From: a virus
Direction: 5' to 3' (one strand)
IMG/VR virus record: IMGVR_UViG_3300045988_096313
Location: 32,001 to 96,000 of that record
DNA: 64,000 nt
The position numbers and the translations under genes are program-made. This document shows, one piece after another, positions 17,601 through 25,153 of the stretch (position 1 is the first letter of the stretch; every line of letters begins with the position of its first letter). The notes below the pieces were generated by a model, which had not been told where the DNA came from, ran no database searches, and was given only the letters and a program-made list of their open reading frames with translations.

Positions 17601-19477
17601 GTGAGTATGGAGATGCATCTGTAACTAAAGATGGAGTTGGAGTTTATGGTTGGGCTCATACTAATGAGGGACATAATAATTTTCATGAAAGCTATGGTGA
17701 TATAATTAATATACAAGGCTATTCTACTTGGAGAACTAGATTTGATATAGGAACTAGTGGAAGAATTAGAATAATGCATGGTATAAATACTACTACTGCA
17801 ACTCAGGTTGGTTATCTTGCTTATTTACATGATAATGTGGCTTCTGCAACTAAACTTCAAACTGCTAGAACTATTTGGGGGCAAAGCTTTGATGGTACTG
17901 GTAATGTTAATGGAACTATTTACATAAACAATAATAATTCCTCTAACGGTGCTATACGATTAAACAATGATATAAATTCTAATGCTCGTATATCTGCTAT
18001 AGATAACCAAGTAATATTTAATACTGGTGCTGCTATTCGTTTTGGTGAAACTGCTTGGGATTGGAATCAGTGGGCTGGACTTAAATATAATCATTCCTAT
18101 AAAATTATTTATCTTGGTATAGCTGATGGTTCTGCATTTAATGCTAATAACGCACAAAGTGAAGGTACGCTTAGACTTGCTGGTATTAAAACTGTAACTC
18201 CTGATAGTGGAGCTAGAATTGGAAATACTGGTGGAGATTTATATCTAGGTAATAACAATAATAGTGCTTGGGTGAAAGTTCAAGACATGTGTAGTCAACA
18301 AAATAGTAATAATTGGCGTATATATCAAGCTGGTGGTGCTGTATTTAATACTCTTACAATTAATGGTGGCAGTACTTTTAATGGTGCAGTTAAAGTTAAC
18401 AATATGCTTACTGCTAAAGCTATAATGTTTACTACTACTGATGCAAATGCGTTTGGTACTGATATAAATAATTGGGATGGTAGTATTGGGGCTAATGTTA
18501 CTAATATGTTTAATGGTATTCCTCAGGACAATATACAAGTAGAATATTCAATGGATAATGGTGCTAGTTGGAATACATATCCTGGTAATCCAGAAAGTAG
18601 ATTTAATCTTGTAAATGATAATACTAGGGTATTTAATTATTATTTAGGGTGTAATAATATGCTTGGTGATACTGAGGCTGATAAACTTGCTCAAATAAAG
18701 AAAAATCAACTTAGGGTTACTGTTAAAATTCCTGCTGAAATATATCAAGAACTTAGTTGGATAAGTGTTGACGTAAATAACGGAGTTGATATAAAATGTC
18801 AAGTATACTTTGGAAGTAGTACTGGTGGTTATAAAGAATATGTTTCTAAAATAATGTTAGGATGGGCACACAAATGTGATATTTGTGTTGGTCCTTTAAA
18901 TGTAAATGTTGGTAATGATACATATCGTTATGTAAGATTAGTATTTAGTCATCCTAGTAATAATACTGCTTTACGTAATGGTATTGTTGCTAAAATTAGA
19001 GCTTTAGCTTTAACTAAATATATTTATAATAATGGCAGATATACATTTAGTACTACTGGTCATATATATGATTATGATGCTTATATGAATACTTATTTCC
19101 CTAATAGCATTCTTGCTGCTGGTGGAGTTACAGCTTATAAATCTTCTGATGTTCGTCTTAAAACTAACATTACTAAACTTAATTGTTTAAATGTTATTAA
19201 AAGTATTGGAGGTACTTATGAATTTGATTATCTTCGTGACCATAAACATAGTATTGGTTTTATTGCTCAACATGTAAATAATCCATTACTTAAAGATATA
19301 GTTGCTAAGGATAAAGATGGTTATCTAAAGATTAACTATTGGAGTCCTAAACTTATTAGTCTTGCTTTTGGTGCTTTAACTGAAATAGATGATGAAGTTG
19401 ATAGACTTAAAGCTAGAGTTAGAGAATTAGAAACTGAAGTTGAATATTTAAAAAATAAAGATTATGCCTTACAATAG
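11672..19477 (+). CDS. giant tail fibre / tail-tip receptor-binding protein (2601 aa) with C-terminal intramolecular chaperone
   Basis: Uninterrupted 7.8-kb ORF with fibre-type repeats (NADKLDGIHA, NADTVDGYHES, SHTHS, LTSHQSL). C-terminal SSDVRLKTNI...IGFIAQHV...coiled coil matches Peptidase_S74. Confidence 0.88.
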   Translation: MKTYKDIDIKYYDNDGNIHVRCSVPVTQDALVHYELMQSHYCKLSFKLTKPTYFLLGDFIDTPYGRFELIDLIKAKDNDTIGYSYEIQFDAYYRKLKNKILKYRPNTGSQEATFSLTSKISTHVEVIMKSLAYYAKLDKSYLYDPKFEGEGTDYTYVIDASVDANAAKLITYSNTSMLDAIANIAQTFECEWWFEGNILHFGTCENTNAIVDFRLNDNIVSMSSSQSQSTYANRVYAFGAARNLPSGYKNDADADITKDGVVEKRLMLPTSAECSDKNKQLLAENGFELKNGYIQVGGLHEDQYVEGVTTNDDIYPRNLIKTSKVTSYEKDVEDESTPEEGDYIKRTFYRVNSLTIVNDDGEKTGDMAFRKAYILSGKNLHIVFQSGSLNGMDFECEFNPDGVSEILRDNDGNPILKYGKEQINPKSQVFEIVANEDYGRFLPDTALHPKDGDTFVLYNWDSTKLGDTLVSAASNELLTDAIKNLKKSMIDPTTYTCTAEANYSFSQGRGNFHGVGDRVNLYNKGYDDSYRSSRIIGYELNLDIPYDGAKYYVGEKPSYSRLNAMESKIEELVYNGQSYLNGNGGGGKSIYIIKSYDKTAPTDYNVYSAKAVDEQRLNKLKDDTAKGTITWEKVQKLLSGLLIGNSNNENGGSWTPDAEGRSHLITDYLEVRMKAIFEELVINKTSTIGGKEIISPAGGVVAHKVEEVTVTYNNVSQKAYRCYFLAEQDGDKIDNDFVVEDQVRSESFNLNAGKYHKTGNHFFWRLAIGRDEEPVELEGKKYHYIDLSETDCATGSDVPMKGDVLSQCGNRSDPMRQSCLVFSSVDTYSPSISLYHGINSYSFANREYVEYGVNKQTNKAFFHVYGDMYFGDRPTSANNYEGDSYVKYDSDKKKVTIKGDLDIKSTYDGKTLDKYIADKSLDKNAVETIIKKSETIIDLQNQIDGAIETWFYDGVPTLKNEPAVGWDTDMMKNHLGDLYYDNKTGKAYRFAKDGSTYKWIIITDTELTKALEDSSQALKDAKSKRRIFGSQPVPPYDVNDMWVNATYPSDGSTYKNEILKCSTSKAEGEEFDIADWKLASKYTDDTKAEEAKKAAEKAQAEIKDTQTNLIALGTTVSNNKKAFDAFTSDGYLDSSEIAAIAQDSKRLEDDYNAAVESYNNVVGSKFLLDKDGKETTYKTDLVSAKATLDSAKNELITYLSDIVSRYNASDSNEKATIKAAAAQKYTNFTNAYKAFYDKLGVANNYITSNLFDGLNTKLITNMAGLEYIKAALVDGDTVVKGGLILSTLIALRNDKGNVTAGINGADTKENGIALWLGGKAIDKQASTTTEEEKKIAAKSLLRFDGTGYFANGNLWWDADGTLHADPTSFIINKNNVGVQLALFAPVWKSGTTDTTKLANVLSIDPQKPFTHLDVSGNVTTEGSLKIGGIYLSYDSTNNALRLSKDAAGKEAANFYALGGITAYGKGAGTSGGGGGLNGSVKSYSNALKLTSESLNEIASAYSIKALDSRISSLEGGSATAISVSGSGNAVTSVTKNGTTISVVKGATFLTSHQSLDGYVNAISVSGSGNAITSVSKSGKGITFTKGATFLTSHQSLANYYTKSSVDSLLSGKSATSHTHSVKINGVTKTIAATGGTAVDLGTYLTSHQSLANYVTTTDSRLSDSRYPKFANRTWYLVGYDAYIGDHNLSGYFCVKSANDSTRVGISLWNRAENDYANIWFDNTNINLDKQLVMNNKRIWIQGVGTAGGNNNRLTLVAGMPSGLAYNTSCRGTILYSNGIAFADPYNGKSNNDSGWIRHLETSGNSGTLEIAVGDDASNEEIHFRWYDTTPTSEHIRYDITVPRATGTLALTSQIPTSLKSPNSLSWSGYNTGSYDGSSPKSFVIPSNTNQLTNGAGFITSSASISGNAATATNADKLDGIHANGLLTAISNSDKGISITVGGTTKSVSNISVNYASSAGNADTVDGYHESSFLRYRGEYGDASVTKDGVGVYGWAHTNEGHNNFHESYGDIINIQGYSTWRTRFDIGTSGRIRIMHGINTTTATQVGYLAYLHDNVASATKLQTARTIWGQSFDGTGNVNGTIYINNNNSSNGAIRLNNDINSNARISAIDNQVIFNTGAAIRFGETAWDWNQWAGLKYNHSYKIIYLGIADGSAFNANNAQSEGTLRLAGIKTVTPDSGARIGNTGGDLYLGNNNNSAWVKVQDMCSQQNSNNWRIYQAGGAVFNTLTINGGSTFNGAVKVNNMLTAKAIMFTTTDANAFGTDINNWDGSIGANVTNMFNGIPQDNIQVEYSMDNGASWNTYPGNPESRFNLVNDNTRVFNYYLGCNNMLGDTEADKLAQIKKNQLRVTVKIPAEIYQELSWISVDVNNGVDIKCQVYFGSSTGGYKEYVSKIMLGWAHKCDICVGPLNVNVGNDTYRYVRLVFSHPSNNTALRNGIVAKIRALALTKYIYNNGRYTFSTTGHIYDYDAYMNTYFPNSILAAGGVTAYKSSDVRLKTNITKLNCLNVIKSIGGTYEFDYLRDHKHSIGFIAQHVNNPLLKDIVAKDKDGYLKINYWSPKLISLAFGALTEIDDEVDRLKARVRELETEVEYLKNKDYALQ
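16229..16474 (+). repeat. two tandem 123-nt (41-aa) repeats inside the fibre
   Basis: AISVSGSGNAVTSVTKNGTTISVVKGATFLTSHQSLDGYVN is followed by AISVSGSGNAITSVSKSGKGITFTKGATFLTSHQSLANYYT. A partial third copy (TYLTSHQSLANYV) lies near 16600. Confidence 0.9.
19142..19474 (+). other. Peptidase_S74 / endosialidase-type intramolecular chaperone auto-cleavage domain
   Basis: SSDVRLKTNITKL..YEFDY..HSIGFIAQHV..LKINY, then the coiled coil VDRLKARVRELETEVEYLK. Confidence 0.8.
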
Positions 19478-20747
19478 TGAAACTGGAATTATTAGTGCTC
19501 CTGTTAGCATTGATGATGTTAAACAAGCTCTTGGAGAGAGTAGCAATGACCTTGCTACTCTTTGTAAGAGTGAGAATATAAATATATGGAGTAGGTATAA
19601 ACCTATTAGTTGTAAAGGTGACTTTAAAGAATATCCTATTAGAGAAGATTCTGATGAAAAAGCAACATCTTCATATAATAAGTATGCTTGTGTTGTTCGT
19701 TGTGGTATGAATATACCTATAGATACTTATAAGAACTTACGTTATAATTATGGTGGAGAAGGTTTTGCAATTAACGCTTGTGAATTTTTTTATGTGGATA
19801 ATGTATACGGTCTTTATGGTGGTATTCATGATAATACAACTACAAGGGTATCAGGAAAACATTTTCCAAAAGGTGGTGCTAATTCTCCTTATAGATTAAG
19901 TGATTTTAGAAACTATAATAGTAAAGCTGAAAGTAATATATTTCTGACTTCTCTTCCTATATTAACTAGTGTTGAAATTTATTATTCTTCAACTCCTAAA
20001 CTTAATTGTGTATTATATATGAATGCAAATGTAGGTATTAATACAAATCTTACTATGGATGATATAATACCTGATTTATCTTTAGCTTGGTCTCTTTGGG
20101 TTCAAATTCGTTATGAATCACCATATAATGTTAACGATACGATTTATAAAAATTATTATGTTGGTAATTGTAAAAAACCAACAGATTTTGTATATGTTAG
20201 TAAAGAAATAACTTTTGATATAACTGGTGATAAAAAAATTGATATTGTACCTTTTTTAGCTGATGTTCGTAACGGATATTTATACGATAATTCAAAAATA
20301 ATTTTTATAAGTCCTCCAGGTAGTATTTATTTTAGCTATTATCCTAGACAAATTAATATGGAACGTATTAAAAGTGGTTCTAGTGATTTTGTTTATTTCT
20401 CAGAATTGAGAGAATTAGTTGGTGGTACTTGTATTTGTAAAGCAAGAATACATAAACTTCCTGATGCTGCATTTACAGTTACTGATGGTATATTTAGAAG
20501 TGTTTGTGCATATGGTAATAATAAGATAACATACGGAAGAGGTTATGTATCTAATAGCTCTGGTCAAAATATATCTTCTGTAACTGTTCCTAACGGTAAT
20601 AGAACAGATTATATTGATGTATATATAAGATTTGATAATGTTTATGAAGGAGCTTATTATGGACAAAAATGTGAATTGTCTTTTGAAATTAATATAGATG
20701 GCGGATGGAAACAAGTTCCTCCAGGAGGTTATTATATTATGCATTAA
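19464..20747 (+). CDS. hypothetical protein (427 aa), probably tail-fibre associated
   Basis: Overlaps the fibre stop by 14 nt and shares the AT-rich, T-ending codon usage of the distal fibre. Confidence 0.5.
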   Translation: MPYNSETGIISAPVSIDDVKQALGESSNDLATLCKSENINIWSRYKPISCKGDFKEYPIREDSDEKATSSYNKYACVVRCGMNIPIDTYKNLRYNYGGEGFAINACEFFYVDNVYGLYGGIHDNTTTRVSGKHFPKGGANSPYRLSDFRNYNSKAESNIFLTSLPILTSVEIYYSSTPKLNCVLYMNANVGINTNLTMDDIIPDLSLAWSLWVQIRYESPYNVNDTIYKNYYVGNCKKPTDFVYVSKEITFDITGDKKIDIVPFLADVRNGYLYDNSKIIFISPPGSIYFSYYPRQINMERIKSGSSDFVYFSELRELVGGTCICKARIHKLPDAAFTVTDGIFRSVCAYGNNKITYGRGYVSNSSGQNISSVTVPNGNRTDYIDVYIRFDNVYEGAYYGQKCELSFEINIDGGWKQVPPGGYYIMH

Positions 20748-20834
20748 GAAGTAGATATTCTTAACATAATAAATATGCTAGAAATGATATTAACTTTACT
20801 TATCAAATAAGTATAATTATTTAATAATACAATT

Positions 20835-21149
20835 ATGGAAATTAAAGTAACTAAAATTGTAAGTATGACTTCTAATGTAGAAGCTACTGTAAATGAACTT
20901 AGTATTAATGCTAATGTTCGAGTTCGTAACAATGACACTATCGAAGGTGTAGATAGTGGTAATGTAATTGATAGTACTGGTGACCAACTAGCTACTTTTA
21001 GTTATTACGGAAGTAATAATCTTAATATTAATTATAACAATATTGAGAATGGTAATGTTGCTGCTGTTAGTACTGCTGTTAATGATTTCATTAAAGAACT
21101 AGAGAAAAATCCTGCTCTTGTTAGTATTGCAAATACTAGTGAAATCTAA
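20835..21149 (+). CDS. hypothetical protein (104 aa)
   Basis: Last ORF of the AT-rich cassette. Asn/Ser/Val-rich. Confidence 0.45.
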   Translation: MEIKVTKIVSMTSNVEATVNELSINANVRVRNNDTIEGVDSGNVIDSTGDQLATFSYYGSNNLNINYNNIENGNVAAVSTAVNDFIKELEKNPALVSIANTSEI

Positions 21150-21170
21150 GTGTAATGATTAGCTTGGTTT

Positions 21171-21204
21171 GTGGGTATGAAAGCAGAATGCAAGTAATAC
21201 CCAC
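21171..21204 (+). terminator. hairpin at the end of the AT-rich cassette (possible terminator)
   Basis: GTGGGTAT/ATACCCAC 8-bp stem followed by TTTCC. The T tract is weak. Confidence 0.4.
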
Positions 21205-21265
21205 TTTCCGCTAATTTGTTTAGACAAAAAGTGTTAAAAAGATGTTTTTTGTACTGATTATTTTG

Positions 21266-21273
21266 TACCTTTG
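21266..21273 (+). promoter_or_regulatory. -7 promoter box TACCTTTG
   Basis: Matches TAnnTTTG, upstream of ATG 21336. Confidence 0.55.
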
Positions 21274-21335
21274 TGTGCAAATATAAATTATTATTTTTTT
21301 TATTATTTCTACAGTTGTAGACAACCAAGTTAATT

Positions 21336-21800
21336 ATGAAGAAGATTAAGACAATCGAGGCGGTCAACGCCTACAAAACATTGAAGGGCTTTAAGACAAG
21401 CTCTTTGAGTGAGGAAACCATGTTGGCGGTATGGAAGAACATGAAGGCTCTTCGTTCTATCGCCGACACCTTCGACAAGGATAAGGATGAGGCTCAGGAT
21501 TCCTTGAAGGATGACAAGTTCGAGGAGATGCAAGGCAAGCTCAAAACCGCACAGAAAAACGAGCTCAAGATGAAGAACGATGGCTATACCTACACCAAGG
21601 AGGATGCTGAACTCTTGGAAGAGGTGAACACCTACTTTGCTGCCTTTAGCAAGAAGACCATGGAGTACTTCAACGAACTCGCCGACAAGGAGGTCGAGGT
21701 GGAAATCACCGAGGTCGAGGAAGCCGAGCTGCTTAAGGCTATCAAGGCTTGCGAGAAGAGCTTCGATGACATGGAGATGCTCGCTTGCATCTGCAAGTAA
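21336..21800 (+). CDS. acidic helical protein (154 aa), monocistronic
   Basis: Flanked by its own promoter and a strong terminator. GC-rich, C/G-ending codons unlike its neighbours. Asp/Glu/Lys-rich. Confidence 0.6.
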   Translation: MKKIKTIEAVNAYKTLKGFKTSSLSEETMLAVWKNMKALRSIADTFDKDKDEAQDSLKDDKFEEMQGKLKTAQKNELKMKNDGYTYTKEDAELLEEVNTYFAAFSKKTMEYFNELADKEVEVEITEVEEAELLKAIKACEKSFDDMEMLACICK

Positions 21801-21831
21801 CGTAAAAGAAAATGAGAATGTTTCTTTATTG

Positions 21832-21866
21832 TGGGCGGCTGATTATTTCGGTCGCCCATCATTTTT
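21832..21866 (+). terminator. intrinsic terminator
   Basis: TGGGCG/CGCCCA stem followed by ATTTTT. Confidence 0.7.
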
Positions 21867-21871
21867 ACTTA

Positions 21872-21919
21872 CAATCTGTAATTTACCCCACATTTTTGAA
21901 TGGTAAATCTTACAGATTG
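21872..21919 (+). repeat. extended 16-bp interrupted hairpin
   Basis: CAATCTGTAA-TTTACC ... GGTAAA-tc-TTACAGATTG, immediately after the terminator. Confidence 0.7.
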
Positions 21920-21962
21920 GTACTTTAGCAAAGTTTAACTCTAAAAAGTTGCTCAAAATGAA

Positions 21963-21970
21963 TATCTTTG
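21963..21970 (+). promoter_or_regulatory. -7 promoter box TATCTTTG
   Basis: Matches TAnnTTTG. Lies about 95 nt upstream of ATG 22065. Confidence 0.5.
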
Positions 21971-22064
21971 TGCAGAATTGTTTATTTTTGCGGCACTTTC
22001 CTTATTATTAAGAATGAGGAACTAAGAACAAATAATAAACCCAAAAACAAAAGGAGAAGAATTT

Positions 22065-22616
22065 ATGACTAAAGAGGAAGAAGATGAAGTCCATCGGTTA
22101 GTTCAATCAGTCGGTGTTGTACAGTTGTCAAGAGTAATGTTTAAGGGTATGGACGTTAGCGAAATGATTAACGTCATTATCCTAGCAGGTAGAGGCTACA
22201 GCGTGAAGCTACTCACTTGGTTCAAGTATTATTGTGAGGTTATGCCGCTATTCATCATGCTTTTTCATGTTGCATGCATGGTGACATTTGCATCACACGA
22301 AAAAGAAATGTGTGTGTGGTTTAAGGAGAATTGGGTATCAGCAGCATTTATCTATTTCTCTGTTTACATCCATCCGCTTGTGCTTATACTTGCAAGTAGG
22401 TTCTTCTGGCTCTGCTACAGATGGCGTATTCCTATGATTATATACCTATTCGGTATTAATGCTATACACATTGTATACTGGAATGTTTTTACCACCAACG
22501 AAATGGTGGAAGCTAATGTTGTAATACTTGTAATGACAATCATATTTTATGCATATGGTTTCGCAGATAAGTATTTCTCAGGCAAGGGCTGTCAAAGTTT
22601 AATCTCTAGATTATAA
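22065..22616 (+). CDS. multi-pass membrane protein (183 aa)
   Basis: Several hydrophobic segments (VMPLFIMLFHVACMVTF, AAFIYFSVYIHPLVLILA, VVILVMTIIFYAYGF). Confidence 0.55.
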   Translation: MTKEEEDEVHRLVQSVGVVQLSRVMFKGMDVSEMINVIILAGRGYSVKLLTWFKYYCEVMPLFIMLFHVACMVTFASHEKEMCVWFKENWVSAAFIYFSVYIHPLVLILASRFFWLCYRWRIPMIIYLFGINAIHIVYWNVFTTNEMVEANVVILVMTIIFYAYGFADKYFSGKGCQSLISRL

Positions 22617-22620
22617 TGAT

Positions 22621-22965
22621 ATGGGAAAGTTATTTGGTTATCACACCTTGGGAGTGTTATTAAAATCATTGTCTGACTCTTGCTTTCGAGCAGACGAGCA
22701 AGAGAAGAGAGGGGAGAAGGTAACTGCTTGCGGAATGAGTAGCGATGAGATAGAAGACCTTTGTGAGAACTATCTGCCGTATGCTCTCAACCCTATGCTG
22801 AGCACCGAGGAAGTTAAGGAGAAGCTGCACGTTTCAGATGCTACCCTTAATCGTATGGTGGCTAGGGGCGATTTGCCCCATGGCGAATGCAAAAAGCGAG
22901 GGCACACCCGATATTGGAAGAAGTGGGATATACTACACTTCATAAAGAGCAAGAGAGGTAAGTGA
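22621..22965 (+). CDS. excisionase/MerR-like HTH protein (114 aa)
   Basis: C-terminal LSTEEVKEKLHVSDATLNRMVARGDLP...W..W resembles the HTH_17/Xis type. Confidence 0.5.
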   Translation: MGKLFGYHTLGVLLKSLSDSCFRADEQEKRGEKVTACGMSSDEIEDLCENYLPYALNPMLSTEEVKEKLHVSDATLNRMVARGDLPHGECKKRGHTRYWKKWDILHFIKSKRGK

Positions 22966-22982
22966 TTGCCTCTCTTTTTTAT
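22952..22982. terminator. terminator between convergent genes
   Basis: AGAGAGG/CCTCTCT stem followed by TTTTTT. Confidence 0.65.
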
Positions 22983-22987
22983 TGTTT

Positions 22988-23497
22988 TCATATTTTCAAG
23001 AAGTCTTCTACATCAATGTACTCAATTCCGAAATTCTCTGCGCATTGTTTGTCGGAGTCTGAGAAGTCACCTTCTTTTCCACTGGCATCACCTATCATAA
23101 TCAGCTCACTCTTTTTCCAAGAAGAATACGACTCAAGCATTCCTGTATTTGGCTTTCTCATGCAAATCTCTGCATTTGATGGGCAATACATGGAGTTGAC
23201 AAAGATGTTGCGTCCGGTATGATGGCGAAGATATTTTTGCATAAAGCTTTCTATAGCCTTAATCTTTCCGATAAATTCCTGTTCGTCAACGAATTGAGGT
23301 ATGCCACCTTGGTTTGAAACTATTTCTACATAGTATAGGGTAGGGAACGCTTCTACTATCTTATCCAAAACCTCTTTACGTATTTTGAAATCTGTTACAT
23401 CTGTAGGAAAGGTGTTTCCTGAAATAGTCTTGATTATAGTATCGTCTAAATCAATGAATAGTACTTTTTTCTTGATTAAATATCCTTTTTCTATCAT
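22988..23497 (-). CDS. HAD-family polynucleotide 3'-phosphatase-like protein (PNK phosphatase domain only)
   Basis: FIDLDDTII (DxDxT), VSNQGGI and MIGDASGKEGDFSDSDKQCAENFG match the PNKP/T4 Pnk phosphatase motifs. There is no kinase P-loop. Start moved to ATG 23497, downstream of the promoter and box. Confidence 0.65.
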   Translation of the reverse strand: MIEKGYLIKKKVLFIDLDDTIIKTISGNTFPTDVTDFKIRKEVLDKIVEAFPTLYYVEIVSNQGGIPQFVDEQEFIGKIKAIESFMQKYLRHHTGRNIFVNSMYCPSNAEICMRKPNTGMLESYSSWKKSELIMIGDASGKEGDFSDSDKQCAENFGIEYIDVEDFLKI

Positions 23498-23553
23498 ATT
23501 TTGCTTATCCTTTATATTAATGTCATTACCTAAAAAATGAAGTTTATAAAACA

Positions 23554-23576
23554 CAGTTGTTTTGGTGTGTCTCACC
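23554..23576 (-). promoter_or_regulatory. conserved hairpin-box copy 2
   Basis: The minus strand reads GGTGAGACACACC-AAAACAACTG, 12 nt downstream of the -7 box. Confidence 0.6.
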
Positions 23577-23588
23577 TCTTTAACAATG

Positions 23589-23596
23589 CAAAGATA
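23589..23596 (-). promoter_or_regulatory. -7 promoter box (TATCTTTG on minus strand)
   Basis: The plus strand reads CAAAGATA. Confidence 0.55.
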
Positions 23597-23644
23597 CGAC
23601 AAAATGGATATTCTTGCAAATAAATTAATGCAAATTTTGAATCG

Positions 23645-23989
23645 TTATCTGTTTTTAAAGAAATTATTAATAATTCTCGAAATAGCTTCTTGTTTGATGA
23701 TGATAGGGGCATCACCTTGATATTCTATCACTTGGCAACCGCATTCCTTCCAAAATAGAGTGCTATTGATGCGCTCGCCATCTACTAAGATCCAATCCGG
23801 ATAATACTCAAAAGAATGCATCTTAGTTAAAGGAACAAGAACGAATAATTTATTTTCTTTCTTGTTTACGAGTACAGACAAGTCTGTATCATCAAATGTG
23901 ATGATAACTCGATTTTCATTCTCGGAAAGAACGTTGTAATCCTCGTTATAACGTTCGAAAAGATAATTTTTAATGCTAGAACAACTCAT
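23645..23989 (-). CDS. hypothetical protein, LVPLTK-family paralog (114 aa)
   Basis: LVPLTKMHSFEYYPDWILVDGERINSTLFWKECGCQVIEY aligns with the 58964..59260 and 62782..63081 products. Confidence 0.55.
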   Translation of the reverse strand: MSCSSIKNYLFERYNEDYNVLSENENRVIITFDDTDLSVLVNKKENKLFVLVPLTKMHSFEYYPDWILVDGERINSTLFWKECGCQVIEYQGDAPIIIKQEAISRIINNFFKNR

Positions 23990-24065
23990 ATTCTTGTAAT
24001 TTTATAGGAGGGCAGATGGAAAAATCCAAGGTCTGCCCGCCAAGTTAAACTTATAAGGAAATCTT

Positions 24066-24434
24066 CTATAATATCGACTGACAAAGCCATCCCATAAGAT
24101 AGCATGGTTCTTCGCCTTGCATATCTATTCCCAGATGGTTGCATATATGTGCTACTACATGAAACATTTCATGTGTGAGACTATTTATATACTCACCTTC
24201 AGAAGTAGACTTGCAAATGAGCACAACACTTGTGTTTTTTGAAACATTTGTGTACGTCAACCCTTTGTTTGGTGAATTGGTTGAAATGTGGTCGTATGCA
24301 TCCAACAATGGTTGTCCTTTACAATCAATGGAACTTAGTAAATCCATAGCCTCGTCAACCTCTTCTTGATTAGCAACATGACATACAATTACATTCCAAT
24401 CATATTTCTCCAAGTAAATTTCTTGTTTAATCAT
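24066..24434 (-). CDS. small HExxH-motif protein (possible metallopeptidase-like)
   Basis: HEMFHVVAH is the only recognisable motif. Confidence 0.4.
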   Translation of the reverse strand: MIKQEIYLEKYDWNVIVCHVANQEEVDEAMDLLSSIDCKGQPLLDAYDHISTNSPNKGLTYTNVSKNTSVVLICKSTSEGEYINSLTHEMFHVVAHICNHLGIDMQGEEPCYLMGWLCQSIL

Positions 24435-24859
24435 AATACATCATCCCATGGAATGCCGATACCATTATGGTTGCAATCGGCATAAAATCTGTTGAAAATA
24501 AATCCGTCTGCTTGGTCAGGGTCATCCACCATATCCTTAATGAATTGAGCCAAAGCCGCTTCATCCTTTAGAGAGGACTTAAAGAAGTCAGCTCTTGCCA
24601 TATTTGCGACATAGACAAAATCGTAATTATCAGCATTCTCCAACTTTACGTTGTTGACTTTAAGAAGTTCCTCTACAGTGTCTTTTTCTGTAGGTTCTAC
24701 TCTTTCCAATTTGCCTGTCGTTGCGTTTGTCTTTCGCATTAAGGTGATAGCCCAATCACACATCTTTTTGTTGAAGTGCCATCCATTGTAGCGAAGGTAT
24801 GCAATCATTCCTTCGGGCTTCATGTCATATGCATCAAGTGGCATTTTGTATCTTCCCAT
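24431..24859 (-). CDS. hypothetical protein (142 aa)
   Basis: Intact ORF, overlapping the next gene by 4 nt. Confidence 0.55.
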   Translation of the reverse strand: MGRYKMPLDAYDMKPEGMIAYLRYNGWHFNKKMCDWAITLMRKTNATTGKLERVEPTEKDTVEELLKVNNVKLENADNYDFVYVANMARADFFKSSLKDEAALAQFIKDMVDDPDQADGFIFNRFYADCNHNGIGIPWDDVL

Positions 24860-24910
24860 AATAAATGTTTTTAAAGGAGGTGGAGATTTCTCCCCACCTC
24901 AAGTGTAATA

Positions 24911-25147
24911 CTAATAGCGATAGCCGCCACCTCTGCGACCACCATGTCTTTCACCATAGCGGTCTTCATCGTCATCCCAATTGTCTCGGTAATCCGGCAT
25001 TGGGCTTCTGTGACCCATTCGTCCATACTTGTCATCCCCCATTTCATCAATGCAGTGCATGAGTTTACCACCATACTTAAGCATCTTCTCTACAAGTTCC
25101 GACATTTCATTTACCTTGTTTTCGGTAATTTCTATCATGTATCCCAT
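24911..25147 (-). CDS. hypothetical protein (78 aa) with Arg/Gly/Tyr-rich tail
   Basis: C-terminus reads RYGERHGGRRGGGYRY. Confidence 0.45.
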   Translation of the reverse strand: MGYMIEITENKVNEMSELVEKMLKYGGKLMHCIDEMGDDKYGRMGHRSPMPDYRDNWDDDEDRYGERHGGRRGGGYRY

Positions 25148-25153
25148 AATGAT

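Noticed and set aside
12715-18538. Many minus-strand and out-of-frame ORFs of 60-227 aa inside the fibre gene (for example 13910..14593 and 17342..18538).
   Set aside because: - They lie entirely within the continuous 7.8-kb fibre ORF.
- Their composition is low-complexity or biased (Ile/Ser/Thr-rich in the AT-rich part).
- They lack promoter boxes and are typical shadow ORFs.
11672-21149. Possible diversity-generating retroelement (DGR) targeting the fibre C-terminus.
   Set aside because: - No reverse transcriptase gene is present in the window.
- I could not find a template/variable repeat pair with adenine-specific differences.
- The internal repeats are in-frame tandem protein repeats.
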